Below are positions 10,622 to 20,729 of a DNA stretch of 64,000 bases, piece by piece. The DNA is from Spirochaetaceae bacterium. GTDB lineage: Bacteria > Spirochaetota > Spirochaetia > DSM-2461. The notes below the pieces were generated by a model. The model made no database searches. It had not been told where the DNA came from and was given only the letters and a program-made list of their open reading frames with translations. Each line of letters starts with the position of its first letter. The stretch's first letter is position 1. The translations under genes were made by a program, and so were the position numbers. The stretch lies in NCBI GenBank assembly GCA_051531975.1, contig JAOPTT010000001.1:128001-192000 (forward strand). The letters run 5' to 3'.

Positions 10622-11580
10622 AGTATCCCCTCCCCTTTTACTCTAACACTCATCCAGTTAGAGAATAGTAGAAATAGTAGATTAACAATTGATTGGAACA
10701 GGCCAACCGCGGCAGCATAGGAGTAGTCTATATTCAGAAGTCCAACCCTATAAACATATGTACTAATAACATCTGAAACATCCATAACCATTGGATTACC
10801 TAAAAGAAAGGGTCGATCAAAACCAATAGCAATTAAACTACCTAAGGATAGAAGCATTACTACAATAATTGTAGATGTAATACCAGGCAGGGTTATATGA
10901 ACTATTCTCTGCCATCTAGATGCCCCATCAATTTTAGCTGCAGCATACAAGTCAGGATTAATAGCACTTAGGGCTGCTAAGAATATAATTGTTCCCCAAC
11001 CTACATCTTTCCAAACACCTGAGAACTGATAGATTATTACCCACCAGGCTTTATTACTCATAAAGTAGATAGGATCTCCACCAAACATGGTTATTATACT
11101 ATTTATAAGCCCTGTAGACGGTGAAAACAGGATATTAATTAAACCTGCAACAATTACCCAGGATAGGAAATGAGGCAAAAATATAATACCTTGAACAGTC
11201 CGTTTAAAAACTACAGACCGTAATTCGTTTAACAGAAGAGCCACAATAATTGGGGCTGGAAAAGCAATTATAAAACCAAGAATATTTAGGAATAGAGTAT
11301 TCCTAAGTACTATTAAAAACTCATCGTTTAAAAACATAAGTTTAAAATTTTCAAGACCTACCCAGGGGGAAGCCATTAAACCTGCAAAGATATTATAATC
11401 TTTAAAAGCCATTGTAATTCCATACATGGGAATGTAGTGAAAAACTATGTAGTACAGAACTAACGGTAGAAGCAAAAGGTACAGTGCCCTATCTCTACGA
11501 ATCTGTTTCAGCCTGTTTTTTTTAGCCAATTGAAACTCCTTTTTATATTGTTGATAATCCACAATATTACGGGTTTTCAT
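10618..11580 (-). CDS. Carbohydrate ABC permease (LplB type)
   Basis: SPWVGLENF, FLPHFLSWV and LYAAAKIDGA motifs. Confidence 0.93.
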   Translation of the reverse strand: MKTRNIVDYQQYKKEFQLAKKNRLKQIRRDRALYLLLLPLVLYYIVFHYIPMYGITMAFKDYNIFAGLMASPWVGLENFKLMFLNDEFLIVLRNTLFLNILGFIIAFPAPIIVALLLNELRSVVFKRTVQGIIFLPHFLSWVIVAGLINILFSPSTGLINSIITMFGGDPIYFMSNKAWWVIIYQFSGVWKDVGWGTIIFLAALSAINPDLYAAAKIDGASRWQRIVHITLPGITSTIIVVMLLSLGSLIAIGFDRPFLLGNPMVMDVSDVISTYVYRVGLLNIDYSYAAAVGLFQSIVNLLFLLFSNWMSVRVKGEGIL

Positions 11581-11629
11581 AAATCAACAAGCTTCATTTT
11601 GTTCTATTTAGTTCAGTTTGTTCCTAATA

Positions 11630-13825
11630 TCACTCTATTAGAGATTTTCTAACACGAATTCGATACTCAGATGGATTACAACCAATAATTTTATTAAAAT
11701 TCCTATTTAACCGGGATGTATTTAAATATCCAACAGCCTTAGACACTTCGCTAATGCCCATATTACTATCCCTTAACAGGTCTCTAGCTTTTTCTATCCG
11801 TATAGAGTGTATATATTCAAGAAATGTAAAACCAAATAGGGTACTGAATATTTTTCTTAGATATGAATAACTAATACCCATCCAATCTGCTATATGCTCT
11901 AAAGATATATCTTTATGGTAGTTCTCACTAATATATTCCTGGATCATCATTCTATACTTGGTCTCTTTTGGATCTTTTTTAGCTTCGGTGTTTAATAAAT
12001 TAATTACAAATGAATTTAACCAGTTCTCCGCCTCTTTAAGGCTTCTATCATGGATTAAGAAGTCTCGGTAGCAGTTACTGCTTACATCTATATTGTCACT
12101 ACCTAATGCTCTTACTATACCTGATATAAGGGAGAGAATGGACATCTCAACATACTCTCGCTCGGATATACCATCTATAGATATCTCCTCTATAAATTCA
12201 GAAATTAGTTTAGGAACCCTAGATCTATCCCCCTGCTTAAGAACCTGAACAAGCCCAGTCTCTATTGCCCACGGATAATTTCTACGGCCCTGTTCATGGG
12301 TGAGAACTTCCTTATGAAATATTATTTCCTCACTTTTATCTGGAATTGTTTTATCCAGTAAATTCATGGCTTCTGAAAATGAGTCTTTAACGTCCTCTAT
12401 AGAGTCATAAAGTCCACCAACAACAACCAACGGCTCCATAGAAAGTGATGATTCAAGAAATTTTCTGGTTTTTAATAAGGACTCTTCTATCTGCCCTATA
12501 CTGTTACCACAAATTAGTAGTGTTATACGTTCCAAGTCCAATGGAGCACCTAGAATTCGAACATCTTTTACCTTTGTTGATTCATAAGCTCCTACAGCAA
12601 TAGCCTGTGCAGGTCCTGTGTCTAATACAGAGATATTTGAACCCTTAGGCAAAAGAAGGACAACAGCACTACAGTATAGACAACTATTTAATGGATCTTT
12701 ATCTCTGTTTAATCTATTTATAATCTCAGAATGTTCTACATGGTCTCCAAGGATAAGCTTTTTAAGAAGACTCTCTTTTATAGCCAAACTATTTTGCTCT
12801 AATACACCCTTTAAACCCATCTGTTCCTGGGTTATTTTTAAGAACATATCCCCAATAAATGAGATTTCACTACCGTTATCAGGTACAGTTCCAGCTCCAT
12901 CTTCTATAATTTCGATAATATTTTCTATAGGTGTATATAACCTATTAGATACATAAACCGAAAAGAATAGACCTAGAAAGATAAGTACTCCAGTCATTAA
13001 TATTACTATAAAAATAGTCCTATATATAAAAGAGTTATAGAGTGAGGAAGGAACTCTTAAAACATACTCCCAGCCAGCTTCTGATTTCTGCCTAAAATAG
13101 ATATAACCACTTTCCGATAATGGGGTCTGCTTAAGATATGTCCCTGCGATATAAGTTCCTTCATCGTTATAAACAAAAAACTCTATCTGCTGACTTAAAC
13201 TAATAGTTTTTATCCACTCGTTTAAAGTTCCAATGTCTATATTTATGACAAAGTATCCATCCACTTCGGTTAAAAAACCACTAGTACTAATTATTCTAGT
13301 TAAAACGTTGAAGCCTGAAACAGATCTTGGGGAGAGCTCCATAACACCTACATCCACAACCATATTATCCGCCCATAAACGATCAGAATAAGTCTCAAAT
13401 GAGGAAGCTTCCTTCTCTGATGTTAGAATAAATTCTTTTTGGGAATTTAGAAAATATATAGAATTAATAAATTTAGATGTCTGTTTTATTGTGCTAAAAA
13501 GATCCCATGTAGTGTAAATAAGTTCAATTGATTCAAAGTCTGAAATATTATCCTTTTTTATACCATCTAGTTCAAAATTAGCTGATGCCAATACAAGTGT
13601 ATTTAAAGCCTCGTTTATATCCTCTAGGTGTAGTTCAAAGTCTGTTTCAAGTTGTAGTAGTCTAGCATTGTAGGTTTCATTTAACTGATTCCCTATATAG
13701 TTATTAAAATAGTTAATTGATAAGGCACCAATAACAAGAACAGGTAAAATACTTAGACCTAATAAAATTAATAATAGGTAGAAGTTATTTTTACGAAGTT
13801 TACGTGGATTTTTAATAATACTCAT
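11630..13825 (-). CDS. Membrane-anchored one-component AraC regulator (YesS/YtdP-like)
   Basis: Two TM segments flanking an extracytoplasmic domain; C-terminal AraC HTH (YISENYHKDISL...GCNPSEYR). Confidence 0.88.
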   Translation of the reverse strand: MSIIKNPRKLRKNNFYLLLILLGLSILPVLVIGALSINYFNNYIGNQLNETYNARLLQLETDFELHLEDINEALNTLVLASANFELDGIKKDNISDFESIELIYTTWDLFSTIKQTSKFINSIYFLNSQKEFILTSEKEASSFETYSDRLWADNMVVDVGVMELSPRSVSGFNVLTRIISTSGFLTEVDGYFVINIDIGTLNEWIKTISLSQQIEFFVYNDEGTYIAGTYLKQTPLSESGYIYFRQKSEAGWEYVLRVPSSLYNSFIYRTIFIVILMTGVLIFLGLFFSVYVSNRLYTPIENIIEIIEDGAGTVPDNGSEISFIGDMFLKITQEQMGLKGVLEQNSLAIKESLLKKLILGDHVEHSEIINRLNRDKDPLNSCLYCSAVVLLLPKGSNISVLDTGPAQAIAVGAYESTKVKDVRILGAPLDLERITLLICGNSIGQIEESLLKTRKFLESSLSMEPLVVVGGLYDSIEDVKDSFSEAMNLLDKTIPDKSEEIIFHKEVLTHEQGRRNYPWAIETGLVQVLKQGDRSRVPKLISEFIEEISIDGISEREYVEMSILSLISGIVRALGSDNIDVSSNCYRDFLIHDRSLKEAENWLNSFVINLLNTEAKKDPKETKYRMMIQEYISENYHKDISLEHIADWMGISYSYLRKIFSTLFGFTFLEYIHSIRIEKARDLLRDSNMGISEVSKAVGYLNTSRLNRNFNKIIGCNPSEYRIRVRKSLIE

Positions 13826-14664
13826 CTATAGTCCTTATTTAAACTCAGTGTTTGTTGTCTGTATTTTTTTGGAGAAACACCATAAAGATTCGTGAATCCC
13901 CTGCTAAAGGAGTATACAGATGAAAACCCACACAAATCTGCTATTTCTGTAATAGACAGTTCAGATAGTCTAAGTTTAATAGCGGCGCTATTCATCTTTA
14001 TCTCCCTTACATAAACACCTATGGAGGTCCCCATATTATCTCTAAAAATAGTTCTAATTCTACTATTAGAATAGGAACAGAAAGTTGCTATTTTAGAGAC
14101 AGATATATCCTCACCTTTATGCTCATGAATATATTTTTGGATTTTTAATATCAGGTTCATCTGCTCATCTTTAACAGTAACAGATTGAATATTACTATCC
14201 AGTAGAAGTGGGTACTCTTCTAATAGTATCATTAAATAAGGTACAATCCAGGAACCTGTTCCTACTTTATTGTAACGATTAATTATAGAATCGATATAAG
14301 CCAAAATTGACTTCGATGCCATTTTTACACTGTTATGTTTAAAATTATTTTTTATATTATTCCAATCAAAACTTAAAAAGATCCATTTAATAGGTCTATT
14401 TTCATCGTATAAAAAACGAAATGTTTGCCAAGGGTGAATTAGCAAAACACAGTGTGCTGGAATATAAAAGATTTGGTCATCCAGTAAAATACGACAACTT
14501 CCCTCTAGGCTCATAATTATATTATATCTACTATGATGATGAATGTTTTTATTATCCAGAGCAATACGTTCTAACCGAGTATATAGTAGGACGTTTTCTG
14601 GAAGAGTTCCCTGCCAGGATTCTCCTGAGAAATAATCAATTGGATCTATTAAAGGTATCTCCAT
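13822..14664 (-). CDS. AraC family transcriptional regulator
   Basis: Cupin-like N-terminus (HHHSRY); C-terminal SITEIADLCGFSSVYSFSRGF...GVSPKKYR. Confidence 0.92.
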   Translation of the reverse strand: MEIPLIDPIDYFSGESWQGTLPENVLLYTRLERIALDNKNIHHHSRYNIIMSLEGSCRILLDDQIFYIPAHCVLLIHPWQTFRFLYDENRPIKWIFLSFDWNNIKNNFKHNSVKMASKSILAYIDSIINRYNKVGTGSWIVPYLMILLEEYPLLLDSNIQSVTVKDEQMNLILKIQKYIHEHKGEDISVSKIATFCSYSNSRIRTIFRDNMGTSIGVYVREIKMNSAAIKLRLSELSITEIADLCGFSSVYSFSRGFTNLYGVSPKKYRQQTLSLNKDYR

Positions 14665-14745
14665 ATATTCATTTTAGTCGAAATTGATAAAAACTCAAGC
14701 AAAAGTGCTATTGTTTTATCAAAATAACAGATTTAAACTTTTATC

Positions 14746-16011
14746 ATGAAAAACAATACTAATCAAAAAATAAAGGTTGCAGTTATTGGAGCAGGTGGTC
14801 GAGGCACTTATGCATATGCTCCATATGTCTTAGACAATCCAGATAAGATGTTAATAAGTGCAGTTGCAGAACCTAATGAATTCCGAAGAAAAAAGTTTGC
14901 CCAGATGTATAACATACCAAAAGAGAACCAGTTTGAATCCTGGGAACCACTTCTAGAATCCCATAAGTGTGATGCAGTTATAATTGCAAACCAAGATGCT
15001 GGGCACTTTGGTCCTTTAATAAAAGCCATGGATTTGCAATTAGCCATTCTTTTGGAAAAACCTGTTTCAAACAACCGTGGGGAAGTCAAAGAACTATTAG
15101 AAAAAATAGGAACATATGATAAACCTCTACTTATTTGCCATGTACTACGGTATACATCGTTTTTTATGGAAATTAAAAAACTCCTAACAAATGGTGTCAT
15201 AGGAGAATTAATCAGCATTCAGCATAACGAAAATGTTGGGCATTTTCATCAGGCACATAGTTTTGTCCGAGGGCATTGGAGAAAAAAACAGGGATCTTCT
15301 CCTATGATTTTAGCAAAATGTTGTCATGATCTGGATATTTTAAACTGGTTGAACGAAGGTGAGTGTAAAAAAATTAGCTCATTTGGTTCTTTAACTCATT
15401 TTAAAAAAGAGATGGCACCCCAGGGAGCACCACATAGATGTCTAGATGGTTGCCCTATCCAGGAAACTTGCCCTTATTCAGCATATAGATATATGGAGGA
15501 ACCAGAAAATAGTCCAGTTACCATGAACTTTGCACAGATAGCCAAAGATCATGCAGAGACAGATGATTTAGAATATGCTCTGAAAAATGGCCCTTATGGT
15601 CGGTGTGTTTATTATTGTGATAACGATGTTGTTGATAATCAGACTGTAATAATGGAGTACGAAGGTGGTAAAACAGTATCCCTTATAATGAGTGCTTTTA
15701 ATAATGTCATGACTAGAACCATGAAACTCATGGGTGTTAACGGAGAGATCCGTGGTAATATGGAAAAGAATGAGATTGAAATTACAGATTTCAGAACTGG
15801 TAAAATCGAGACAATATTACTGGACTCTACTAGTGCTGGGCATGGTGGTGGAGACATGGGGATAATGGAAGAATTCAGATCACAGATTATTAACCCAGAT
15901 ATTAAATCTATGCAAAAAAGTAATAGAGAGGGGCTACTTGGGCACCTTATGGCCTTTGCAGCAGAGGAATCTAGATTAACCAACAGAGTTATTACAGATT
16001 CAGAATTTTAG
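14746..16011 (+). CDS. Gfo/Idh/MocA oxidoreductase (YteT-like)
   Basis: IGAGGRG, LLEKP, HSFVRGHWR, AKCCHDLD, GPYGRCVY and GHGGGD motifs. Confidence 0.92.
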   Translation: MKNNTNQKIKVAVIGAGGRGTYAYAPYVLDNPDKMLISAVAEPNEFRRKKFAQMYNIPKENQFESWEPLLESHKCDAVIIANQDAGHFGPLIKAMDLQLAILLEKPVSNNRGEVKELLEKIGTYDKPLLICHVLRYTSFFMEIKKLLTNGVIGELISIQHNENVGHFHQAHSFVRGHWRKKQGSSPMILAKCCHDLDILNWLNEGECKKISSFGSLTHFKKEMAPQGAPHRCLDGCPIQETCPYSAYRYMEEPENSPVTMNFAQIAKDHAETDDLEYALKNGPYGRCVYYCDNDVVDNQTVIMEYEGGKTVSLIMSAFNNVMTRTMKLMGVNGEIRGNMEKNEIEITDFRTGKIETILLDSTSAGHGGGDMGIMEEFRSQIINPDIKSMQKSNREGLLGHLMAFAAEESRLTNRVITDSEF

Positions 16012-16034
16012 TAAATAATTAAGGAGAGATATTA

Positions 16035-17558
16035 ATGAGAAAGATTTTATTTTTTATGACCGTAGTACTAATACTACTAAGTTCATGTAAAAAGAGTACC
16101 TACGATGAAAATGGAAACACAATACTTACTGTTATGATTGACGACACTGTTATTGTTCCAGAATCTGAGGGAACTATAAAAGATAATAGATGGACTAGAT
16201 ATATAAAAGAAGAGATGTTAAAAAAAGACATAAGTGTAGAGTTTATACCTAAAAGTACAGGTCTTGTAAACCAGGTTATAATGATGGCTACAGGCTCTGC
16301 ACCAGATATCTCTTTTACAGATGGACGTCTACTTTTTACTAAGTATTCAATGGAAGGTGGATTATATAATTTAGGACCATTTATAGATGAGCACGGACCT
16401 AAATTAAAAGAAGAAACAGAAGATATTCTACCCTATGGAGTTTTAGACGGCACACAGTATGCTATTCCATCTAGAAGAGGAAGTTTAGGAAGAACTACAT
16501 CTCTGATTAGAAAAGATTGGTTAGATATACTCGGTATGGATATTCCTACTAATAGAGATGAACTTGTTACAGTATTAAAGGCTTTTAAAGAGCAAGATCC
16601 AGGTGGTATTGGTTCAGAAAATGTAATCCCCTGGGGGTTTGTACCTCCAGATCCTGGTACTTTTTTTGAACCAGATTTTATTCTATTTGATATAATGTAC
16701 AGCTTTATGGAACACGATCTAGCAAAAAATATGTCTATCAGTTGGCCAAATAGAGAGGGTGTCAAAGAGTTCCTAATCTGGATGAGAGATCTATACTCCC
16801 AGGGAATAATAGATAGAGAGTTTGCAACTCTGAATGAAACTGAAAACAATAAAAAATTAGTTAATGGTCAGGTTGGATTTATACAATATTATACAGATGT
16901 ACTGTTTAGCCAACAAAAAAATCAGGCTCTGTATAATGTATATAAAAGTGGTGATGATATAGAGTATGTAGCTATCGAGGTTTTCCAAAATAGTGATGGG
17001 GATTATAAAAAAGTTCAACACGATCCTATTCATAACTACCTGTTTATTCCTAAAAAATCTAAAGTTCCAGAGGCTGCTATTACATATCTTAACTGGCTTT
17101 TAGAAGATGAACCTAGAAAGATTTTACACTATGGAATCGAGGGAGAACACTACAATTTAGTAGATGGAATACCTGTTATCATAGATTTAGACCATAACGT
17201 TAAAACTTATAACTATATTAATCATGCACTAAGGCTTCCTGGGGAATATCCTAAGGATTCTGAAATTCTAAACAGGTATAATTCACAAAACCGTGATGTA
17301 GACTTTAATGGTCTAGAAGATATATCAAAGCAGATAAATGTTAAAGATGGGTTTGCTGGACCTCTATACCAAGAAAGTATGCCACTGTGGGCAAAACATG
17401 GTATGGGTCTAATAAAAATTTGTGAAAAATACTGGGTTAAGTTATTAACTGAGGATAATTTTGAAGAAAACTATTCCGAGTTCATGAATAAGTTACAAGA
17501 TAGAAATATCGATCTGATTGATAAGGAACATGCCGATTATTACAATAAATATAATTAA
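16035..17558 (+). CDS. Extracellular solute-binding lipoprotein, paralogue of 8231-9754
   Basis: Lipobox LLSSC; same length (507 aa) and colinear with 8231-9754. Confidence 0.9.
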   Translation: MRKILFFMTVVLILLSSCKKSTYDENGNTILTVMIDDTVIVPESEGTIKDNRWTRYIKEEMLKKDISVEFIPKSTGLVNQVIMMATGSAPDISFTDGRLLFTKYSMEGGLYNLGPFIDEHGPKLKEETEDILPYGVLDGTQYAIPSRRGSLGRTTSLIRKDWLDILGMDIPTNRDELVTVLKAFKEQDPGGIGSENVIPWGFVPPDPGTFFEPDFILFDIMYSFMEHDLAKNMSISWPNREGVKEFLIWMRDLYSQGIIDREFATLNETENNKKLVNGQVGFIQYYTDVLFSQQKNQALYNVYKSGDDIEYVAIEVFQNSDGDYKKVQHDPIHNYLFIPKKSKVPEAAITYLNWLLEDEPRKILHYGIEGEHYNLVDGIPVIIDLDHNVKTYNYINHALRLPGEYPKDSEILNRYNSQNRDVDFNGLEDISKQINVKDGFAGPLYQESMPLWAKHGMGLIKICEKYWVKLLTEDNFEENYSEFMNKLQDRNIDLIDKEHADYYNKYN

Positions 17559-17571
17559 AACAACTTAAAAA

Positions 17572-19821
17572 TTAAGTTGTTTTCCCAATAAATTCCCAAC
17601 TTCCTGGATTAACAGAAAACAAATTATATCTTTCTGTTTTTTCCAGGAACTTCACACCTGAATTTTCATCTGATACCGATACTCCATTAACCTTAATGTC
17701 TGAAATATTACGAACTTTATCTATAGGTATTCCAACTTTTGCAATAGTGTCCAGAGGAGAAACTAAAAATAGACTAAACTCACCTTTTTTATCTTCTATC
17801 CGGACCCTAATATCACCTTTTACAGATGGTATAACCCCTTTGAGTTTTTTTAAAGAACCAATTTGGGGTAAAACATCATAGCTGGTATACCCTGGGGAAC
17901 TAGGAGCAACTCCTAAACCATACTGGGATAGAAGGGTCAAAAAACCACCACTCCAGCCGTGATTAGTAGTTCCACCTCCAGAGCCACCAATCTTCCAATC
18001 TTCCCAAAGGGTAGTAAGTTTATGATCAACCATAAAAGAAAATCGCTTTTTTAATCTAATAATTGCTTCGGCCTCATACCCCATAACATATTGGGCTTCT
18101 GCTACATATTTTTCCATATAAGCACTACTATGATAAGAAGTTTCAAAAACATTCTGAATATCTCTGTATTTATCTGGTTCTGCCAACTCTGCTAATACAG
18201 CAAGAGCATGAACACGATCGTCAGTTTTACCTTTATAATCTTTTGATCTATAACATGTACCAGTCCAGAAAGTTGTATTAAAAGATTTTTTAATACCATC
18301 CATAATTAGTTTAATATTAATAACATCATCCTGGTGGCCTAAAACTTTTGCCATATTGTACTGTCCCTTAAGAGCCAAATAGTACCAGAGATTAAATAAC
18401 AGGTTCATATCTTTATGATTTCCCCAATCACCCCAGAGCCATCCACCTTTTCTGGGAATAACAAGTCCATTAGAGTCTGTTTCCCACAGAGAAAGATATG
18501 TTTTAATACCAGGATATACCTCGGTTAAGGTCTCTAGGTCTCCACTATGCTGATAATAGGTCCATATACCATAAAATCCAACTGAGTTAAGCATCTGCAT
18601 TGGTAGTTCATCACTGTAATTTCCAGCAGGAACCGGGGAGAATATTGAGCCATCCTCTTTCTGCCAACCAAATAGTTCCTTTATTCCTTTTTTAGCCAGC
18701 AGACTACTTTTAAAATCCAGTGCATAAAAAGCTTCACCTAACTCATTAACAGCATCTCCCCACCACTGGGCTCTCTCCCGATCTGGGCAGTCCATATAGG
18801 TGTCTCTCATTGTTATATAGAGTGTACGCAGTGCCTTCTCTCTGTATCTATTAACAAAATCATCATCACATTCAAAAGTTCCCCTAAATTCACAGTTGTA
18901 GCCAGTTTCCCGATACTGTAGTGATAGAACCTCTACCCCTTTAGGTATTTTATAAATAACATTGTGACCATTCATCCAACCTAGACACTCAAATTCCTGA
19001 ATACCATTTTTAGTAATATATTCAGCCCGAACATTAAAGGCTCCACCACCTTTATAATTATCTGTGGATATAGCAATTTTTTTACCTTTTGTTGCCTTAA
19101 CCTTTAAATATGGAGTTATTTGGGCATTGTATTCTAGGGCGCAGGTAAAAACTGATTCCCCTAATAATAAATTCTTCCTTATAGATGTCTGGGTATACTC
19201 TTTTAGACCAAAATCTTTCCACTGGGGAATAGGTCTAGGGATAAGTTTGTTCCAAGGGGCACAGGTCGGTTTACCAAATTCTGTAGCAGTACTCCAACTA
19301 GAATCATCGTAACTATTACTCTGCCAACCCTGGATATCTTTTCTTGAATCAAAAAGAATATTGGATTCAGGTAACCTATAATTAGGATGTGGTTTTTTAG
19401 TATTAAAAAAAGCAGGATGTCTAAGAACTTTCCAATCGGCACCACTTGAAAGGGTATAATCCCCTAAATTTGCTTCAAATATTAATCCAGCCTGTCCACT
19501 ACTATTATGACTAAATCCATGTTTACCAAAATGCCATAAAAGAACAGCTATACAGTTATCCCCCTCCTGGAGGTAAGCTGTTAAATCTATATTGTCATAA
19601 TATGTATTTTCCGGATCAGGACCACGTTTAAGCTGCCCTTCAAAAACTACTAACTTACCATTAATCCATAACCAATACTTGGAATCTGCAGCAATTTTGG
19701 CAGTTACCAATTTTGGAACACTATCCAGTTGAATATTTTTCCTAAAACAGATCCACTGATTGGCATCTTTTTTATTATCAACACCAATCCAATTGGCATT
19801 CCATGTTAATATATTATTCAT
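17572..19821 (-). CDS. GH78 alpha-L-rhamnosidase-related protein
   Basis: IAADSKYWLWING, YMDCPDRERAQWWGD, TTLWEDW and NHGWSGG motifs. Confidence 0.85.
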   Translation of the reverse strand: MNNILTWNANWIGVDNKKDANQWICFRKNIQLDSVPKLVTAKIAADSKYWLWINGKLVVFEGQLKRGPDPENTYYDNIDLTAYLQEGDNCIAVLLWHFGKHGFSHNSSGQAGLIFEANLGDYTLSSGADWKVLRHPAFFNTKKPHPNYRLPESNILFDSRKDIQGWQSNSYDDSSWSTATEFGKPTCAPWNKLIPRPIPQWKDFGLKEYTQTSIRKNLLLGESVFTCALEYNAQITPYLKVKATKGKKIAISTDNYKGGGAFNVRAEYITKNGIQEFECLGWMNGHNVIYKIPKGVEVLSLQYRETGYNCEFRGTFECDDDFVNRYREKALRTLYITMRDTYMDCPDRERAQWWGDAVNELGEAFYALDFKSSLLAKKGIKELFGWQKEDGSIFSPVPAGNYSDELPMQMLNSVGFYGIWTYYQHSGDLETLTEVYPGIKTYLSLWETDSNGLVIPRKGGWLWGDWGNHKDMNLLFNLWYYLALKGQYNMAKVLGHQDDVINIKLIMDGIKKSFNTTFWTGTCYRSKDYKGKTDDRVHALAVLAELAEPDKYRDIQNVFETSYHSSAYMEKYVAEAQYVMGYEAEAIIRLKKRFSFMVDHKLTTLWEDWKIGGSGGGTTNHGWSGGFLTLLSQYGLGVAPSSPGYTSYDVLPQIGSLKKLKGVIPSVKGDIRVRIEDKKGEFSLFLVSPLDTIAKVGIPIDKVRNISDIKVNGVSVSDENSGVKFLEKTERYNLFSVNPGSWEFIGKTT

Positions 19822-19830
19822 TATAACTTC

Positions 19831-19980
19831 CTAATTGTTCAATAGTATATAAGTCCACAGATCTTTACAATTTGACAATTCCATATCCCTATTCTCTTTC
19901 ATAAAAAGAGTCATAAAATCTATATCTCTCTTATTTAGAGATATCTGTTTGGCCATTTTAACAAATTCCACACTACTCAT
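19831..19980 (-). pseudogene. Internally deleted copy of the acyltransferase at 27219-28067
   Basis: MSSVEFVKMAKQISLNKRDIDFMTLFMKENRD matches the intact N-terminus, then joins at GGGAT (plus-strand ATCCC 19885-19889) to the last codons of the gene; now a 49-codon frameshifted ORF. Confidence 0.9.
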
Positions 19981-20084
19981 AATAATTACACCTCTATGAC
20001 ATACTAATGTCTTTGATAATATGATGATACTCTTACTATTATGATAAAGAAATGGCTTATTTGTCTATGTTTTTAACAATATCG
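19925..20084. repeat. 160-bp direct repeat, copy 1 (identical to 28012-28171)
   Basis: Base-by-base comparison by eye shows no mismatch; offset 8,087 bp. Confidence 0.92.
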
Positions 20085-20132
20085 GCTGAAAGTACTACTT
20101 AAATGTTCTGGGAGCTTGTTCAACATCTATCA

Positions 20133-20150
20133 CCCCGTCTTACAACGGGG
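20133..20150 (-). terminator. GC hairpin downstream of the isomerase remnant
   Basis: CCCCGT-cttaca-ACGGGG; equivalent hairpin at 28234-28251; U-tract weak. Confidence 0.5.
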
Positions 20151-20186
20151 CTTAATGAATAATAATACAGCTTCAGGTGTAAAATT

Positions 20187-20716
20187 CTATAAAGTTATCC
20201 CGTCAATCATTTTCATAAATCTCTTACCATACTCTATATAGTTACTGTATTGTAAATCAGCTTCTGTTTGCGCAGCTTTATCATGAAATACTACAGACAT
20301 ATGCGGCTCCATGGAAAATCCTCCATCATAACCTGATTTTAGCAGATCAGTAACAATCTCTTTTACATGACCCTCACCTTCACCAGGGAAAGTCCATTTT
20401 GCATCGGGAAATACACCATCGGTTTCATTAAGATAAATACCATCTTTAATGTGTACATAATGAATAAACTCCCGCACCTCTTTATAAAACTCAAAGGCAT
20501 TTTGTTTTTTATACGGTTTAGTTCCACTTCTGTCATATGTTATAACAGGGTTTCCGGTATCGAATACAAGTTTGAAGTTAAGAGAATTTATCTTTTCTAT
20601 TAACCTTAAAGTATGCTCGGAGGACATTCCACCATAGTTCATATAGTTTTCATGCTGATATAGTATTCCCGCATCTTCACAAATATTTACAAGCTGTTTA
20701 ACTTTAGAAAATACAT
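20187..20716 (-). pseudogene. Internally deleted, frameshifted copy of the TIM-barrel isomerase at 28288-29187
   Basis: C-terminal 151 aa closely match 28288-29187; start codon joined to an internal site at AATACAT (20710-20716), removing about 370 bp and giving ATG TAT TTT CTA AAG TTA AAC AGC TTG TAA. Confidence 0.9.
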
Positions 20717-20729
20717 ATTAATTCCTCGT

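Noticed and set aside
8231..17558. Invertible DNA switch between the inverted binding-protein paralogues
   Set aside because: Nucleotide similarity is broken by frequent synonymous changes, there is no long exact inverted repeat, and no recombinase is nearby.
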